A stretch of 64,000 nt of DNA, from contig NC_092675.1 of NCBI RefSeq assembly GCF_964355755.1, positions 22,230,912 through 22,294,911 on the forward strand, given 5' to 3'. The translations under genes were made by a program, and so were the position numbers. Below are positions 1 through 15,505 of the stretch, piece after piece (within the stretch, counting starts at the first letter, position 1; the number at the start of each line of letters is the position of its first letter). The DNA is from Antedon mediterranea (lineage: Eukaryota; Animalia; Echinodermata). The notes under the pieces are model-generated. The model was not told the DNA's origin and made no database searches. It was given only the letters and a program-made list of their open reading frames with translations.

Positions 1-2725
1 TCTTTTGTAATTGCATTAACAAAAAATTGTTTTAGGCCTATTTAAATAATTCATATTAGGCCTATATTTGTTATTACTTATCAATAATTTTCTATAAATA
101 ACGTGGTAATAGAATAGATACAGTCAGGATAGAATCCACGGCGGTAGGTAACTGGTCGATTCGGCCTTGAATATGGACAGGTATAGGTAAGCCCCGGTGT
201 TAGCTTGTCTACCTCCTTACGGGATACGATCACGGACCACATACACAATTTATCTCCATTGCTTACATTAGCCATGCTTTGGCTTTCGGCTCACCTGTGA
301 AAACATGCTTAAATCTGTTTACAAACTGTGTATCAATAATTGATGGATTACAAAGGAAACAAGCATGTTAATGAACTGCATGTTTATATACTAATGAGTT
401 AATACGAAAGGTAACGGCTACTGTTTCTACCATCAATGTTACAAGGAGTCAGTTAGTTATCCCGCTGATCGTCAACATATCTTATGTTAGGTGAACTTGA
501 TCTCAGTATACTGATGCCGCGATGTCGACATGGCCCGGTTCATATCGAATCAGACATGAACAAACATTCTCACACCTCTGCCTATTATAATGATATATCA
601 ATGTTTAAGTGCTTTAATTACAATAATACTTGATATAAACATATAAACTAACCAATTGGCACCTTCGGGCTAGAAAACAAGTTTCTCACCCTCGTTTACA
701 GTGACGTCACCAGTACAAATTATAATATCACAATATGGACTACTTATCATTAGCCAAATAAGTATCTTATTTATAATATAACATCGTTAAAACAGTTGTA
801 TTATACGAGCATTATTACATTAATTTTTAACATTAGGTCTATAACAATATCATCAACATGTTACATGTCAGATATTTATTGAAAAGAACTTCAATCAATT
901 TACACACAGACTAATTACGGTTCATATCAACAAAAGGTTTTAAATTAACGAATTTTCTCGATACAAAATGTATAGTCAATAATTTGATTATGCATGGATG
1001 GAAACAATATTATACAAATTTAATTTTGTTTCTATAATTGATAGAAAATAATAATTTTTTAAACGTTTGATTGTGCATTGTCCATGGTAACGTGTTTTTG
1101 ATGATATGGGACACAAGGTTTTTTTGACAATACAATGTTTTAATATAATTATACGTGCATTAAGGAACATTATTATTGTACAGAGATGGCATGATAAAAT
1201 CACTTAAGAAGTTTGTAGGAGGCCTACAATTCTAACCTGGATGACAGCAAGATAAAATGGAGTAAAATCGGAGAAGCCTTCGCCTAGCAGAATGATGATT
1301 ATTATTGGAATCACAATTTCTGCTGATTACAAACTTATCAATTGCAAACGCGGAGTATCGGTACTGTATCTATCATTTATTTCAGATTGGCAAATTCTTT
1401 AATACAGTGTCACATGTGACCCTGTATCATAGCTATAAGCTTAATCCAATATAATGCAGGCGCCATTTAATATTTTGTATGTGATACTGTATTATATACC
1501 GTAATTTGCCATGATACTAGTAATGACATGTGAAGATACAGTCAGGTAAACATTGCTTCAAATATGTACTGTCCTAGCCTTCTTAGATCTCATCCACAAA
1601 TAATTTCAAGTACTAAAAAAAAATTAAAATTTGTGATTATTATTTTACAATTTTGCTTTAATCGGTATCAATGTTACAGTATTATTAATGTTACTTCATA
1701 TAGGCCTAGGCCTAATTATACAGTATTTTATATGTATTGTACCCACGTATATACTCGCCTACCGTACGGTACTGTTTCAACTGACAAATGAATAGTCTAA
1801 AATATATTGTTAAACTTTACCTGAAAGTTTAGCAAATTTTTATTATACTACTAATTTTACTGCAATATAAATTATGGGTAAAATATTGGTAAAAATTATG
1901 CTTATAATTTATAGAGTAGGTTTATGCTTTGTAATTGAGTAAGTTGATTTTATGAGTCTACAAAAAGACATCATATATTATGGTATACGTGTACGACATA
2001 TCATTTACGATTTATCCAACAATGTCCACCCCAGTCTTAAAGTTTGTTTGCACGTAAAACGCTACTCCAAACGAAGTATTCAGCCTCTATTTACCTTTTC
2101 GGTAACTCAAAGCGCTAGCAAACGCTATAGATAAATGCCGTTTATGATACAGCACTATTGATATTGCGCTGTTTTTATGTATTTGAATAAACCTGTTACA
2201 ATAGAGAAACTCTGATGGGGCTATCAGTTGACGAGGAATAACACATGCCGGCAAAGTACAATACTTTGGATATGTACGACAAACCAATATGTACAGAATA
2301 AAATACACACGGGAATTTCAACCAATAAAGTCGATCAACATGAAAGGGCTAACCAAAAGCAAAACGACAGAGTTGCTCTAAAAAACAAAGACCTTTACGA
2401 AAGCTAACTCGTTCTTTAACTAAAAAAGTACGTACAACCCGTCGGCAATGTACACAGATTATAATATACTATATATTTGCTTATGTCAATGTCGGTATTA
2501 ATTTTCAAAGTATTTTTACACTTCTAAAAGAAATATCGAGGTACCAATTTTGTAGAATCTATACATTACTAGGCCCATAATAGAACTATATTAGCACAAT
2601 AATAACTGGTGTTTAATAGGCGTTCGGGTCGTCCACAGTTACATCAACGTTTTCACAATATACAAAGAGGTTTTGCTACCTTCTTTAATTGTATACAATC
2701 ATGACTTTGCAATCTATAAGTATTT

Positions 2726-4537
2726 TGTGTAGAAACACGCAATACGTTCGTAACGAACTTATCTTCATCTTCATCACCATCAACATCACCATCATAATAA
2801 TAACCATCATCATCATAACCATCATCATCATCATCATCATAACCACCACCATCATCGCCATCATCTTGTGTAGAAACATAAACGAAACACAGTTGTAACG
2901 AACTTATATTCATCATCATCATGATCATTATCACCACCACGACCATCATCATAACCATTATCATCATTATCATTATCATCATCATCACCACCACGACCAT
3001 CATCATATCCATCATCATCATAACCATCGTCATCATAACAATCATCATCATCATCACCATCATCATCACCACCATCATCACCATCATCATCATCATCACC
3101 ATCATCATCACCATCATCATCACCACCATCATCATCACCATCATCATCACTACCATCATCATCACCATCATCATCACCACCACCATCACCATCATCATCA
3201 CCACCATCATCACCATCATCATCATCACCATCATCATCACCATCATCATCACCACCATCATCATCACCACCATCATCACCATCATCATCACCATCATCAT
3301 CATCATCATCATCATCACCACCACCACCATCACCATCATCATCACCACCATCATCACCATCATCATCATCACCACCATCATCACCATCATCATCACCATC
3401 ATCATCATCATCATCACCACCACCATCACCATCATCATCACCACCATCATCATCACCATCATCATCACCACCATCATCATCACCACCATCATCACCATCA
3501 TCATCACCATCATCATCATCATCATCATCACCACCACCATCACCATCATCATCACCACCATCATCACCATCATCATCACCACCACCATCATCACCATCAT
3601 CATCACCACCATCATCATCACCACCATCATCACCATCATCATCACCATCATCATCACCATCATCATCACCACCACCATCATCACCATCATCATCATCACC
3701 ACCATCATCACCATCATCATCACCATCATCATCATCATCATCATCATCATCACCACCATCACCATCATCATCATCACCATCATCATCACCATCATCATCA
3801 CCACCATCATCATCACCACCATCATCAACATCATCATCACCATCATCATCATCATCATCATCACCACCACCATCACCATCATCATCACCACCATCATCAC
3901 CATCATCATCATCACCATCATCATCACCATCATCATCACCACCATCATCATCATCACCATCATCACCATCATCATCACCATCATCATCACCACCATCATC
4001 ATCACCATCATCATCTTCATCATCATCATCATCATCATCACCATCATAATCACCACCATCATCATCACCATCATCATCTTCATCATCCTGTGTAGAAACA
4101 TAAACGAAATACAGTTGTAACGAACTTATCTTCATCATCACCCTCCACGACCATCATCATAACCATCATAACCTTCATCATCGTCACCATCATCATCATC
4201 AACATCATCATCACCATCATAACCTTCATCATCGTCACCATCATCATCATCATCATCAACATCATCATCACCATCATAACCTTCATCATCGTCACCATCA
4301 TCATCATCATCAACATCATCATCACCATCATAACCTTCATCATCGTCACCATCATCATCATCATCAACATCATCATCACCATCATAACCTTCATCATCGT
4401 CACCATCATCATCATCAACATCATCATCACCATCATAACCTTCATCATCGTCACCATCATCATCATCAACATCATCATAACCATCATCATCGTCACCATC
4501 ATCATCATCAACATCATCATCACCATCATCATCATCA
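2726..4537. repeat. Compound (ATC/ACC)n trinucleotide microsatellite with three interspersed copies of a ~45-bp unique anchor
   Basis: CAT/CAC triplets dominate 2760-4537. The anchor TGTGTAGAAACA...GTAACGAACTTATCTTCATC recurs at about 2726, 2867 and 4089. A higher-order ~40-bp unit (ATAACCTTCATCATCGTCACC...) repeats over 4160-4500. The poly-M/V, poly-D/G and poly-I/T ORFs in the ORF track arise from this repeat. Confidence 0.95.
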
Positions 4538-7500
4538 GTGCTTGATTTCACTGCGGGATGAAGGCCTCTCCGAGACGTTGACTCCATTCTATTTTTTAGC
4601 TATTATACGTTATACCAATTCCTGAGTAATTCTATATTGACATCGAATTTAAACAGATTATGAGTGAGGAAGATCTTGTTGACAAAAGTTTATAAAATAC
4701 CATCAACGAAATTAAACTTATCATTATCTAATGCATTGAAGAGGATGATAATGACGATTAGACGATAGTCACGAAAAATAATAAAAAAAAGTTATACGGT
4801 TCTGCAATTACAACTCTCAATATTATAAGTTAAATTTACAAACTTATCAGAAGAAATTAAAGATATTAATACATCCACTAATGCATCTTCCTTTTAATCA
4901 ATTTGTCGAAATTTGGAATAATTTCAATAATGCCGACAAGCTAATTGATAAGTGAATTAACGGTTCAACAATGCTCAATAAATCATGTACGGTGGGCAGA
5001 TGACTTTTTGATTCAGCAACTTATTGAGAATGTAAAAAGCAATCTTCCGGATTAAAAGAGGCAATAATGCGCCTCTTTTACGGACATTAACGTATATCTC
5101 CTCAGGACACTTTGCCAGTAATTTTAACGAGTAAAGTGATTTGTAAATTTAATAGCGAAATTCTTTCAAGAAAAGTTATTACGTTTGTAGAGTTTCTCCA
5201 ATATTTTTCATCCAATGTAATGGAAATGTTAGAGGGTTGCTAACAATCCTGGTCCAGCTGGTTTCCCGATCATGGTTTTCTAATTTATCGGGATCAACTT
5301 GTCATCAAAGAGAATACGCTATATTGCATTATTACAACTTGATCATCCTGTACTTTGTATGGATAGGCAACATATTATAATTAAAAAGTATTTACCAATA
5401 ATATGTTTAAACTATTCACGCTTTTATTAAAATATTGTTAGGTTAAAAAAGCAAATGTAAATGTTTGTTTCCTCTTTACATGAATTTAAGTGTAAATTTG
5501 AAAATTAATAAAATGATCACAAATATTCTAAATTAACTTCTTTTAATAATCATTTAGATGATTACAGTATTTATTAATTCTGTTTGGTGGACCAATTTCG
5601 TGTTTAAAAAGAACAAAGTGGAAAAAGAACAAAAAGAGATGGCAACAACGGTTTTGATTCGAAAAAGATTTACGTTTTAATCTTTTATTTCTCTGGTTAA
5701 AAAAAAATCTAGAAGAAGAAAAAGGAAAACACTTGAGTAAAAATACGTGACGATTAAACTGAAAATTCACAAATTAAATTTCCTTTAAAGTACGATTCAA
5801 GCATTTCAGTTTAGTAAAACTAAATGCGATTTCCATCAAAATCGTCCTAATATTATAAATGTTAATATAATTTTGTTTTAATGTCATGTTTTTAATAATT
5901 GTACACCTGCGATGACAATCTGATACAAAGAGATAATTGTCCACTCATACCTTACAGTTGTCATTATCAACAATACTTTTGTTTGCAGAGGAAGTTTACC
6001 AGCATTTTGGCTCATTCTAGTTGTGTCATTGATGGACCCACGTGTGGGAGGATGAGTCTTGGCTATAGGATACGAATCAAGGGACTTCAAATAAAAAGCA
6101 ACAATAAAAACAATATGGAAACAATTTATTGTAATTAGAACAATTGTCGATTTGTTAAAAACACGAGTGAGTCTAGAGGACTTAAACACGATTCATTTCC
6201 CGCTCAATATTGCGATCACGTGACAATGATTGATACTGTATTAATAAATCTGGTAGCCTGTTTTCACGTTTACGAATTTACAATTATCCCACATGATATA
6301 TACCATTTTTCTTTATAATTACCGATTTGAAACAATTAAAATATATTTATTAATAATTGAAATGAATTGTTTATGGGATAAATAAATGTTTACAACGAAA
6401 AATAAACGGAAATATCCGATAAACTCCCGCCGAAAGTACAACTGTATAACATAGCGATTTCACTGAAAAATGATATCGTTGATTGTTTACTGTATAAAAT
6501 CACTTTTGCTTGTTCAGTATACGAATAAATTCAATATCTGCAGCTGACTATAACTGTTTGAGACTCGATTAATAGAATTATATTGAATAACGGTAACGTA
6601 AAGATATCGGTACAGGCTTAGATTAATGAGTCCAGGGGCGTTGTACCACCGGGCAGAATAACTCGTCGCCTAGACAGGTGATACCACTCTCATATAACGC
6701 GTCACTCAATCTAAATATACGTCAGTTACGATATTTAGTTGTTCGTGGTGTGAACGCCTTTGTAATTTTTGTTTGCTTACAATTCACACTTTTTATAAAG
6801 ACCTAACACTATTGGTGGCTGTTTCGTGAAAACCAAACCAGGTTCAATTAGGTCTCTTATTCTACCATTTGTTAGACATCTCATTCAACGTAAGTCACTG
6901 TTGAAAGAAAAACTATTTTTGCAAGGTGCCTCTTAGAGTAGCTTTGAACTGTGTATTAATTCGATTTTACCATTGGACGTAAACAAATATAAGGTGCTAC
7001 AAACTGTGAGCCATTATTATCTGACGGGGTGGCTTATTTATGTTCAATTTAACACTGTTGTTAGAGGTACTTTTCAAAGAGTATAGATTAGATACTTGAC
7101 CTGTTGCAAAAACTGGGCCAGGTCTTTGACCGAACCCTATCGATAAAATTTGACTAATACTAATGACAAAAACGAATATCGACAAAATTTGCTACGTGTG
7201 TATGTTTGATTAATAGATTATATAATAACATATATTATAGATTAATAATATGTAATATTATGTAATACACGTCACTTGTAACGAAATTGTGAATCCTAAT
7301 AATACATATTCTAAAATAAACAGAATAATGATCGAGTAGGCCTATTTATTTACAAAAGTTAAAACAATAATAATTCGGGTAGTCCTGACGATTTGTTAAC
7401 AATTAAATGAATATTTTCGTTTGACCAAATTAAGACCAGGTGACAATACAGTACAATTTATTTTAATAAATCATTGATTTTTATGCATACAGATTTCGCG

Positions 7501-10139
7501 TAAATGAGTTTCGAATAAACAATGCGGCCATTTTTCTAATCTGACAAGTAAGTTTTCAACAATAAATGTCAGGTGTTCTGCTAATTGTGTGCAATTGTAA
7601 ATAATCTACATTATTTATAATAACAAATACAATACAGCCACAGATTTGATCAAGTAACACCGATCGCTTTCTTAGTATTCTCGTAAATGTCAACAGTGGT
7701 CCGCGCGTTGACATTTCGCGCCATAAAATCATCAGAAATGCGCCATAAAGTTTAGAAATGCTGAATATACGTCACTTTGACCACACGCAATTAAACCACT
7801 AATAGAAGCATACCTGTCTTTTAAACATTTAAATATGTCATGAATATCCAAGCTGAACACTATTTTTACAGGTGCAAAAAAAAAAAACCGTAAGTTGTAA
7901 AGTTTTTTTTATTTTTTAAATTCTTTTCTTTTTTCGTAAATGCTTTAAATAATGCAAACTCCTTTTTAAAGTGGTTGATTTTGTTAATATCATATTATTT
8001 CTATATTTATTTGATCAAAAATAATTACAATAACAGTATATCGAAGAGTTTATTTATACACTGATCTTTTGGAACTCAACACATTGAATAATTAACAAAA
8101 AATATTTAATATAGGCCTACACAACTCCTAATTGTTTTTCTGAAAAAGTATTTAGGATAATCAAATGTTTGGAATTATTTTAGAGTTAATAAATTTGTTT
8201 AATCCAACTATTTCAAGTTAATAACAAACGTAAACAATGTGAAAGAAATGTATGAAAAACATACCTAATTAAATTTATAATGTAGTGTTAAAAATAGTAG
8301 ACATAGGAGCTACATACTAATGACTTTTTCAAATTCGTAGTTTCGGAATTTATTATTATTATGTTTAAACGCTAGTACTAAATTGATGATGTAATTGTAC
8401 TAATAAATAACATTAATAATAACATGATTGTGAAACATTGCTAAATATGCTACAATGTTATTCATCTTAGAAAAATAAGTTTGAACCGACTTTACGAGCT
8501 TAAATAATTTATGATGTATTAGTATTTTTCAGCTCCCGAAAACATTGAACATTATATAAATACAATAACATTATAAGCTGAAGAACGTGTAAATGTAGAT
8601 AAATACAAAAACATTATAAACTAACATCAGTGAAGGGTAACAACATAGGGTTAAAATGATCAAAGTAAATCAAATTGATTTTGTTAATACAAGTAATGTA
8701 ACTGCAACTTTACACAGAAAGATACGTTCACTGTGTTTATTCATATCGATCGACTATTTGATGTTATTTTCAATCGCAATTTTGAGTTGTATAGGCCTAA
8801 AGCAGTTCAATCACTGTTGGATAAATTTATCATGTTCATTAACTATAGTTTTTGATTCTCAAACCCTACGATTTGCTATTTTTTTTAATATATAGATGAA
8901 CCCATAACAATAATAATGGTCTTAATTCAATCGCACTGAACGATTTTAATTCATGATAATAGACTGTTGATAGTGTCTATACCTTTACCTCTATCTTCTT
9001 TTCAGTCGCACTGCAGGTTAACTTCGTTTAAAACCAAAAGCCTGTGTAAATTGTATTTCATTTCAACCGAGTTATAAGAAAACTTTCTTCATATACTTTA
9101 AAATGCGTTCGTTCATTTCAATCGAACTTAAAGTAAATTTCTTGGCAATGGGATAATGGAACAAAATACACCGCTGGCGTTGTTATCGTTTGCATCAATA
9201 CTATCTGATAATCAAGTCATTTGATATTATATCAATCCACTGCTCTACGTAAAGCTTAATTTCGAAAGCTAATTCATAAAAAGATTCAGGTGTGAAAAAG
9301 GCATTCCTTACATATTTTTGGAATAAAAAGATTACTGTCTGTATGTATTTAGACTCGAATGTGTAAACGTTGCTGATAGAGTTAAACGAAAGTTATTAAT
9401 CGTAGTAAATTGTTATTATCAGTATTAAAGATCGTTCACACATACAGAGATTATGATCTTGTTGGGATAGTAATAGCTCCAAGGCTCTGGTTGCTTTGTG
9501 ATTGCCTACTTAAGGTAGTCTTTCTTAAGCTAATACCGCGTGCTATATATGAAAACGGTGCTCCGTCAAGTTACACATCTGGATCAAGTCGATTTCAGAG
9601 AATTAACAGTTACTTCAAAACTCAATCTTGCCTCTGCTACCAAAGAATATTCGTTTCTAAACTTTGTAGTGAAGAGTGTCCATACAACAAAGCCTATTTG
9701 TTTTAGATCATCTGAAAACCTTAATGGATAGGATTTAGGCCTTAAAAGTTCATTATTGTGTATGTAGGTCTATGTGCTGAAGGCTTATCGCTTAATCTGA
9801 CTGCCCTTTCTCATAACTAGCCAGGTTTGTTGACAAAACGTTTTAGCAAGACAAAAACTTTATTTAATCAAACAGTTAGTTTTTATTGACAAGTATAGAC
9901 GTAACTATCACTATCAGGTGATCAAGCTGTGCTTCTGGTTCTTTATTTAAATGACAAAGACATTTTATATATGATTTTAAGAGAGTCTATTGTTAAAGAA
10001 AATGCTGAATCAATTCCTTATTTCTTATTTCTAAGGTAAGCCAGAACATACAATTATTATTATTTATTATTGCTGGTTTTTGTACATTGTAATCCTCACC
10101 ATACCATCATCATACATCATCATTTCCATTTAAGATATG

Positions 10140-10260
10140 GATGGATCTCAATGGAGATACAAAAAAAAATGCGAAAAGATAAATCAAAAACAACAAAGTA
10201 AAACAGCCAGTAAAATTAGCAGAGCTTTCAGGAAACACTAGCCCTTCATCAGTGCAAGTG
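10140..10260 (-). mobile_element. Penelope-like element terminal-repeat remnant with minimal hammerhead ribozyme motif
   Basis: Minus strand reads TTGCA-CTGATGA-AGGG-ctagtgttt-CCT-GAAA-GCTC-TGC. The same ~120-bp sequence recurs at 60157-60264. Confidence 0.6.
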
Positions 10261-13200
10261 AGCGATATATATATTTATCATTATCACAAATTTATGTTTT
10301 TAATAAGAGCCTATGCAAGTATAATGAAACTGTACATGAGAATTGTTATCTTTTTTTTTCATTTAAAAACGGTCGGGTCGTCCATCTAATCAAAACATTA
10401 TTTATATACATTTGACTTAGCAGAATTGTATCCTTTAAAGAAAATATGTTCATATATTTGGGTGACAAATCAATTCTGCTGAAAGGAATATTTGAAAAAA
10501 ATCATTGCTAATACGTAATTTAATTTCGTCGTTGTAGGAAGTAATACATTACGATAAATTACCTTTTCAGACAATTCGTTTACTTTTATGATACACTTTC
10601 GAAATAAGAATGACTTCTATTGTTTACAGATATTATGACGTAAGCAAAATAAGTTGACAAATTTTCAGTGACACGTGCATGCAACAAAATCAGGATTAGA
10701 TGCGCGCGTATGAAAGATCTGGTTATTATCAGTGTTTATACGTGCGCGTGTAAATCGTTATTAAGAGTTGAACGCGCGTGTAAGTTTGTGCCTTGTGGTG
10801 TTGAATGTGTTTTAGAAACATATCAGATTTATTTTAAGAAATAGTTATATTATTGTTTAATGATAGGATGATATGTTAGGGATTGTTGCATAATTATACA
10901 AGACGGAAAACAAAGATCGATTCACGTCTCAAATACAATGAATTTAATCATTATAATTCGTAACAAATGTATTATAAAGCAGATAGTCTTTTCACAGGAA
11001 CATTTCATTAATCCACCTGTTTACCTATGTCCTAAACGTAATAGTCTGCCCATTATGACGTCACATAAAAATAGGAACGAACTATCTATGACGTGATGAT
11101 GATGATGATGATGATATAGCTGTGTTATGTTTAATACTGTTACTGATAATTAAATTTCATTAATAAACATTTTAACGAATTGTATATTTCGCCTTTTAGA
11201 TTTGTGTTACACATTTCAAACAAAATAATTACCATCTTATATACTATATTATTTGCAATTAAAACAAATTCATATTTTCTTATATTTAAAAAAATGAAAA
11301 ATATCAATATAGGTAAAAATAATAAATCGAAAAAAAAAACCCCGTTGATATACAATCGGTATGTAAATTTAAGAAATTGGTTTATTTAAAAATTGTTTAC
11401 TTTTCATTATGCTTAACTTTTTATAAAATGTTTATATTATGAAATTTTCAAGAGCAAATTATCTTTTAATTCCAAGTCCTCGTCAACAAAGAAACTTAGA
11501 AACAACATTTTCTTAAAAATGTAAAAATAAAACCAAAACATTTTTGTCTAAACTCTTCATTAATGATTGTTTCCACTGTTTTTAGCATTACCGTATATAT
11601 TGCAACATTTTCTAACCGTTTATACTATTCTCCATTTCTAACAATTTTTCCAGGATGCGGAGATTCTTCTTCAGAATGTTCTTAATTTGTAGTTCTCAAG
11701 TTGTATTTGTCCTTATCTCAGTCTAAGTTTGTTATACATAATACATGAAAGAATGTTTATTGTGCTTTGTTTGTTATTGTTTTTCTGCTAACGAAAAACG
11801 CACATACTATAGGCCTAATTGCATATTACAAATAAAACTAGGCCTAAAACAAAAAAAATCAGGAGGCCAAAAAAAAGTTGACTAAATTTTGAGTCAGATT
11901 AAAGCAGTAACAATTATGATATAATAAGGGGTATTTAATAAATCCTACAATTATTTAAAATACAATTAAACTAAAAATGTTCCATAAATAAAATCAGCTA
12001 ACTTATTTATGTTAAAATAACGAAATTTTGCACACGTGGTTAGATTTTTTTTTTAGTTTACCTTATTTAATAATGCTGTGTAGGCCTACATCAAATTTAC
12101 AACAAACATTTTAAGCCAAATTTTACCAAATTGTATTTATTTTCGTAGTTTTAAAGTAGCCTATCATTTTCAAACACAATCTATACTTCTAATTTGAAAT
12201 TAAATAATGTTTGAATTCGGTCATTTAAATGTATTTTAAAATGTAGTCTAAATTGTTTTCTTTAAAGTATAAAATGTATTTCAATGTCTTATCTTGCCAA
12301 GAAGACAATTTCGATTTTGTTTAGGAATAGGCCTAAAGCATATTATTATCTTTGTCTATGTTTATGTCTTAAATGGTCATCTTGTAAAAAGTTTGCACGG
12401 TGAGAAAGTCTCAACTTTTCATTCGAATAATTATTGTCTCCAGAAAGATAACCGAAATTTGTTTAATTGTTAAAAACTAAATTATGTGTGTTACCATTAA
12501 AACATACGCTCAATGATATTAAGATGTTAAAATTCACGTTATCATAATATAAGTTCATTGACTAAATATTAAATAATTACTAATACGATTAAAGACAAAA
12601 CAAAAAAGTAATATACTTATCTGTTCCTAGGCCTTTGGCAGTAAACCCATAATTACACACTCTGAGTAGATTGTCGTCCGTGTCAATCTTTATCTAGCAA
12701 GGGTCGATATAATAGACTTGCCCTGGGGTCACAATCATGATATTTCACCTCAGTTAGATTACTCAAAAACCCATGGTCTGTCATCAAACACATGCTGTAC
12801 CAATAAGCTACCTAGGCCACCATCATTACGATTATTATATGTTTTTATGTGGATTGGTGGTTTTGAAAGCATCAAACCATTAGAAATTATAGGCCTATAT
12901 ATCTTTTTAGCTTTTAGTCTAAATTCTAAATTGTCCCGTAGAATTACAAAATTATCAGATATCTTTAATTGGTATTTACCGTAAATGCCCATATACTAAG
13001 ACGATAACGACGATAAATATATTTTCTTAAAATAAAACAAAAACAATTAGAAAAATGGTTATTCTATAGTTCTAGAATGAAAACTTTTCTAATTTCCATG
13101 TAAGAAAAAGTCGTCTATTTATCGTCGATCATTACCTTCCTATTGTGTAGCAGTTTCTCTCTATATCATTTTAATCGGAAAATGCCATCGGATTTACTTG

Positions 13201-15376
13201 AAGAGTACCAACTTCTTATCCAAAATAATAACATAATAATGAAAGTTATAACATTAAAAGGCATAGACCTAAAGTAAGTACAACATAACATTCCATATCG
13301 AAAGATGATTCATTAAGCCCAATTTAAGATATGCACTCTACATGGAACATGGAATATCATCTATTTTAAGGAATCTGTTGACAAAGATTCGTTTGATTTT
13401 CATTAACTTAAGTTTGAGAGTAGGCATACGGTACAGCCTGAGAGTTAGTGCATTTAAATTACCTTAAGAAAACGAACTTAGTTCTGTTTTATTAAACATT
13501 CTGTGTGTTGAGGTTTCAATGAAAAGAATATTCCACCGGACCCCGATCCCTCATTATTTCCAAATTCTCACAGGCCTATTTCGATTATCTCTACTATACT
13601 TTGGTTTTCTTTTTAAAGAAATCACATTACAGTAGGCCTACAAGATTAGTAAAATGTTCACCATAACTGCTATTTAGATGGACTTATAAACTCAAATTGT
13701 ACAGAGCAATAAGTTATTGAAGTATTAATTTTTCACAGCATGGGGTTAACTGGGGGTTGAATTCAACGCCTCTGGGTGAACCCACTGTACTCCACTCGTG
13801 ATTTCTCTTGACAGATTTAGACAGCAGTGACAAATTAATTCATTGGACTATCGTCTATTGAATTTACACTGTTAAAAGTTAATTTATATGTTCTATTCTT
13901 AAGGCTGTCAAAAATTTATAGTTAAAATCACAGTACCTCCTAGGCAAGAAGTAGTGCCTTATCGTTGATTTCCGGGTTTCCGCCACATGCTGATGAAAAT
14001 ACGTATTATGCTGTCAAAATACCCATCATCACTTAACATACAAACCGCAAAAACTGGACATTCGTGTCATAATGTTCTTATTTTTCTTCTTAATGAATCA
14101 AATATTTACTTAATAATTACAATTTAAGATTAAGCTGGATTAAAGCCGGTTTTAGAAATATTTCCCCTTATACACATACGATTATATAAGTACCAGCAGG
14201 GAAGAGTGAACATTACACTTTTCCCTAACAAGTACATTTATAATAAAATATCAATATTGAATGCGATGTGTGTTTTATATTTGCAAATACATTCATTTTA
14301 TACGAAAAATTGGAAACATATAAATAAAATATAATAATAAATATAAAACTAAAATAATGGTGAGTGAATTTCACAAGAATACAAACAAAAATTACATTTT
14401 ATTTTCCTGTACATTCCAATTAGAATTTTAAAACGAGTAGACATGTACCTAGGCCTATGTTATAGGTTACTTTCGAACATGAAAAGGTTGAGTTGCGTAC
14501 TGCTGAAACAAGCTATTTGGCCAAATTTATTCTGCAATTTCATTTTATATATTTTAAAGGCTAAACCAGATTTTAATTGAATTGAAGTCAGGGCTATTCT
14601 AAATTATTCTTTACTCCATGGAAATATATATAGTTTAGGTAACTGTAGGCTACAGGAGCGCCATTAGCCTTTAATTTTACGCTGACATTCAATGTGTGTT
14701 TCTTCTTCTGCTTCTTCTGTAGGTTTACATTGTAAATACATTGTCATTTTATTTGTGACAAGGCATAATCTGTGGAAGATGGCAACCTTTATTTGTAAAC
14801 AGCTGCCTATATAAATAAACTGTTGGTTTTCTGCATGTTAAAGAATCTTAGAAACTCTGCCAAAACTTATAAATTTGTAAACAGCTGTCTTAGCATCAGT
14901 TTGCAAAATGTCTACTGCGCGTTATCTGTAGTAATGTCATGTTACATGCCTTAGCAGCAGCTCTTCGACTGTGTTTCCATCCAGTATCCTCGGGCTATAT
15001 GACAACTCTTCGGCTAGTAACTGTAGTGATCTCATCATGTTGAAACTCATACAGGTAACTTTTCTACTGCTTTACTGCAGTAACCTTATTTTACAGTAAC
15101 TCTTCAACTGTGGTGCTGCTGACCTTAATTGAAAACTCTTGAGATTGTAGCTTCAGTGCCTCTTTTAAATGCAGTGTAGTGACGTCAGAAATAGGATCTT
15201 TTTCTTCAACTGTAGATGACAGAATGAGATGAGAACTTTTGAAGTTATAAAGCTTATAGCAACTTGTTGACATTTATTTTTTAATTACGTACGTTTGGGA
15301 CATTTTACCACCATTTACTGTACTACAATGACCACATGTAAACTTAACAGACACGACTGCATTATACCTGGTCCTT

Positions 15377-15505
15377 TAAGCTTGATTCCCACTAGAGACA
15401 CAAGGGCGTATAGACGCAACGTAATCGAGTTGACCAATGACAAGGTACAATTTTAGTAATCCATCGCTTGTGATTGATCAAATCACTCGCGTTGCGTCTC
15501 TATAG
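15377..15505. mobile_element. Palindromic MITE, family A (copy 1)
   Basis: AAGCTTGATTCCCACTAG...TTGACCAATGACAAG...ATCCATCGCTTGTGATTGATCAA...GTTGCGTCTCTA; homologous to 20523-20682 and 42849-42970. Confidence 0.7.

Noticed and set aside
2726-4136. Anchor-spacer-anchor layout resembling a CRISPR array
   Set aside because: Eukaryotic context, only three degenerate anchors, spacers are microsatellite of very unequal length, no cas genes.
2653-4535. Long poly-Met/Val and poly-Ile/Thr ORFs
   Set aside because: Automatic readings of the ATC/ACC microsatellite; no domain content.
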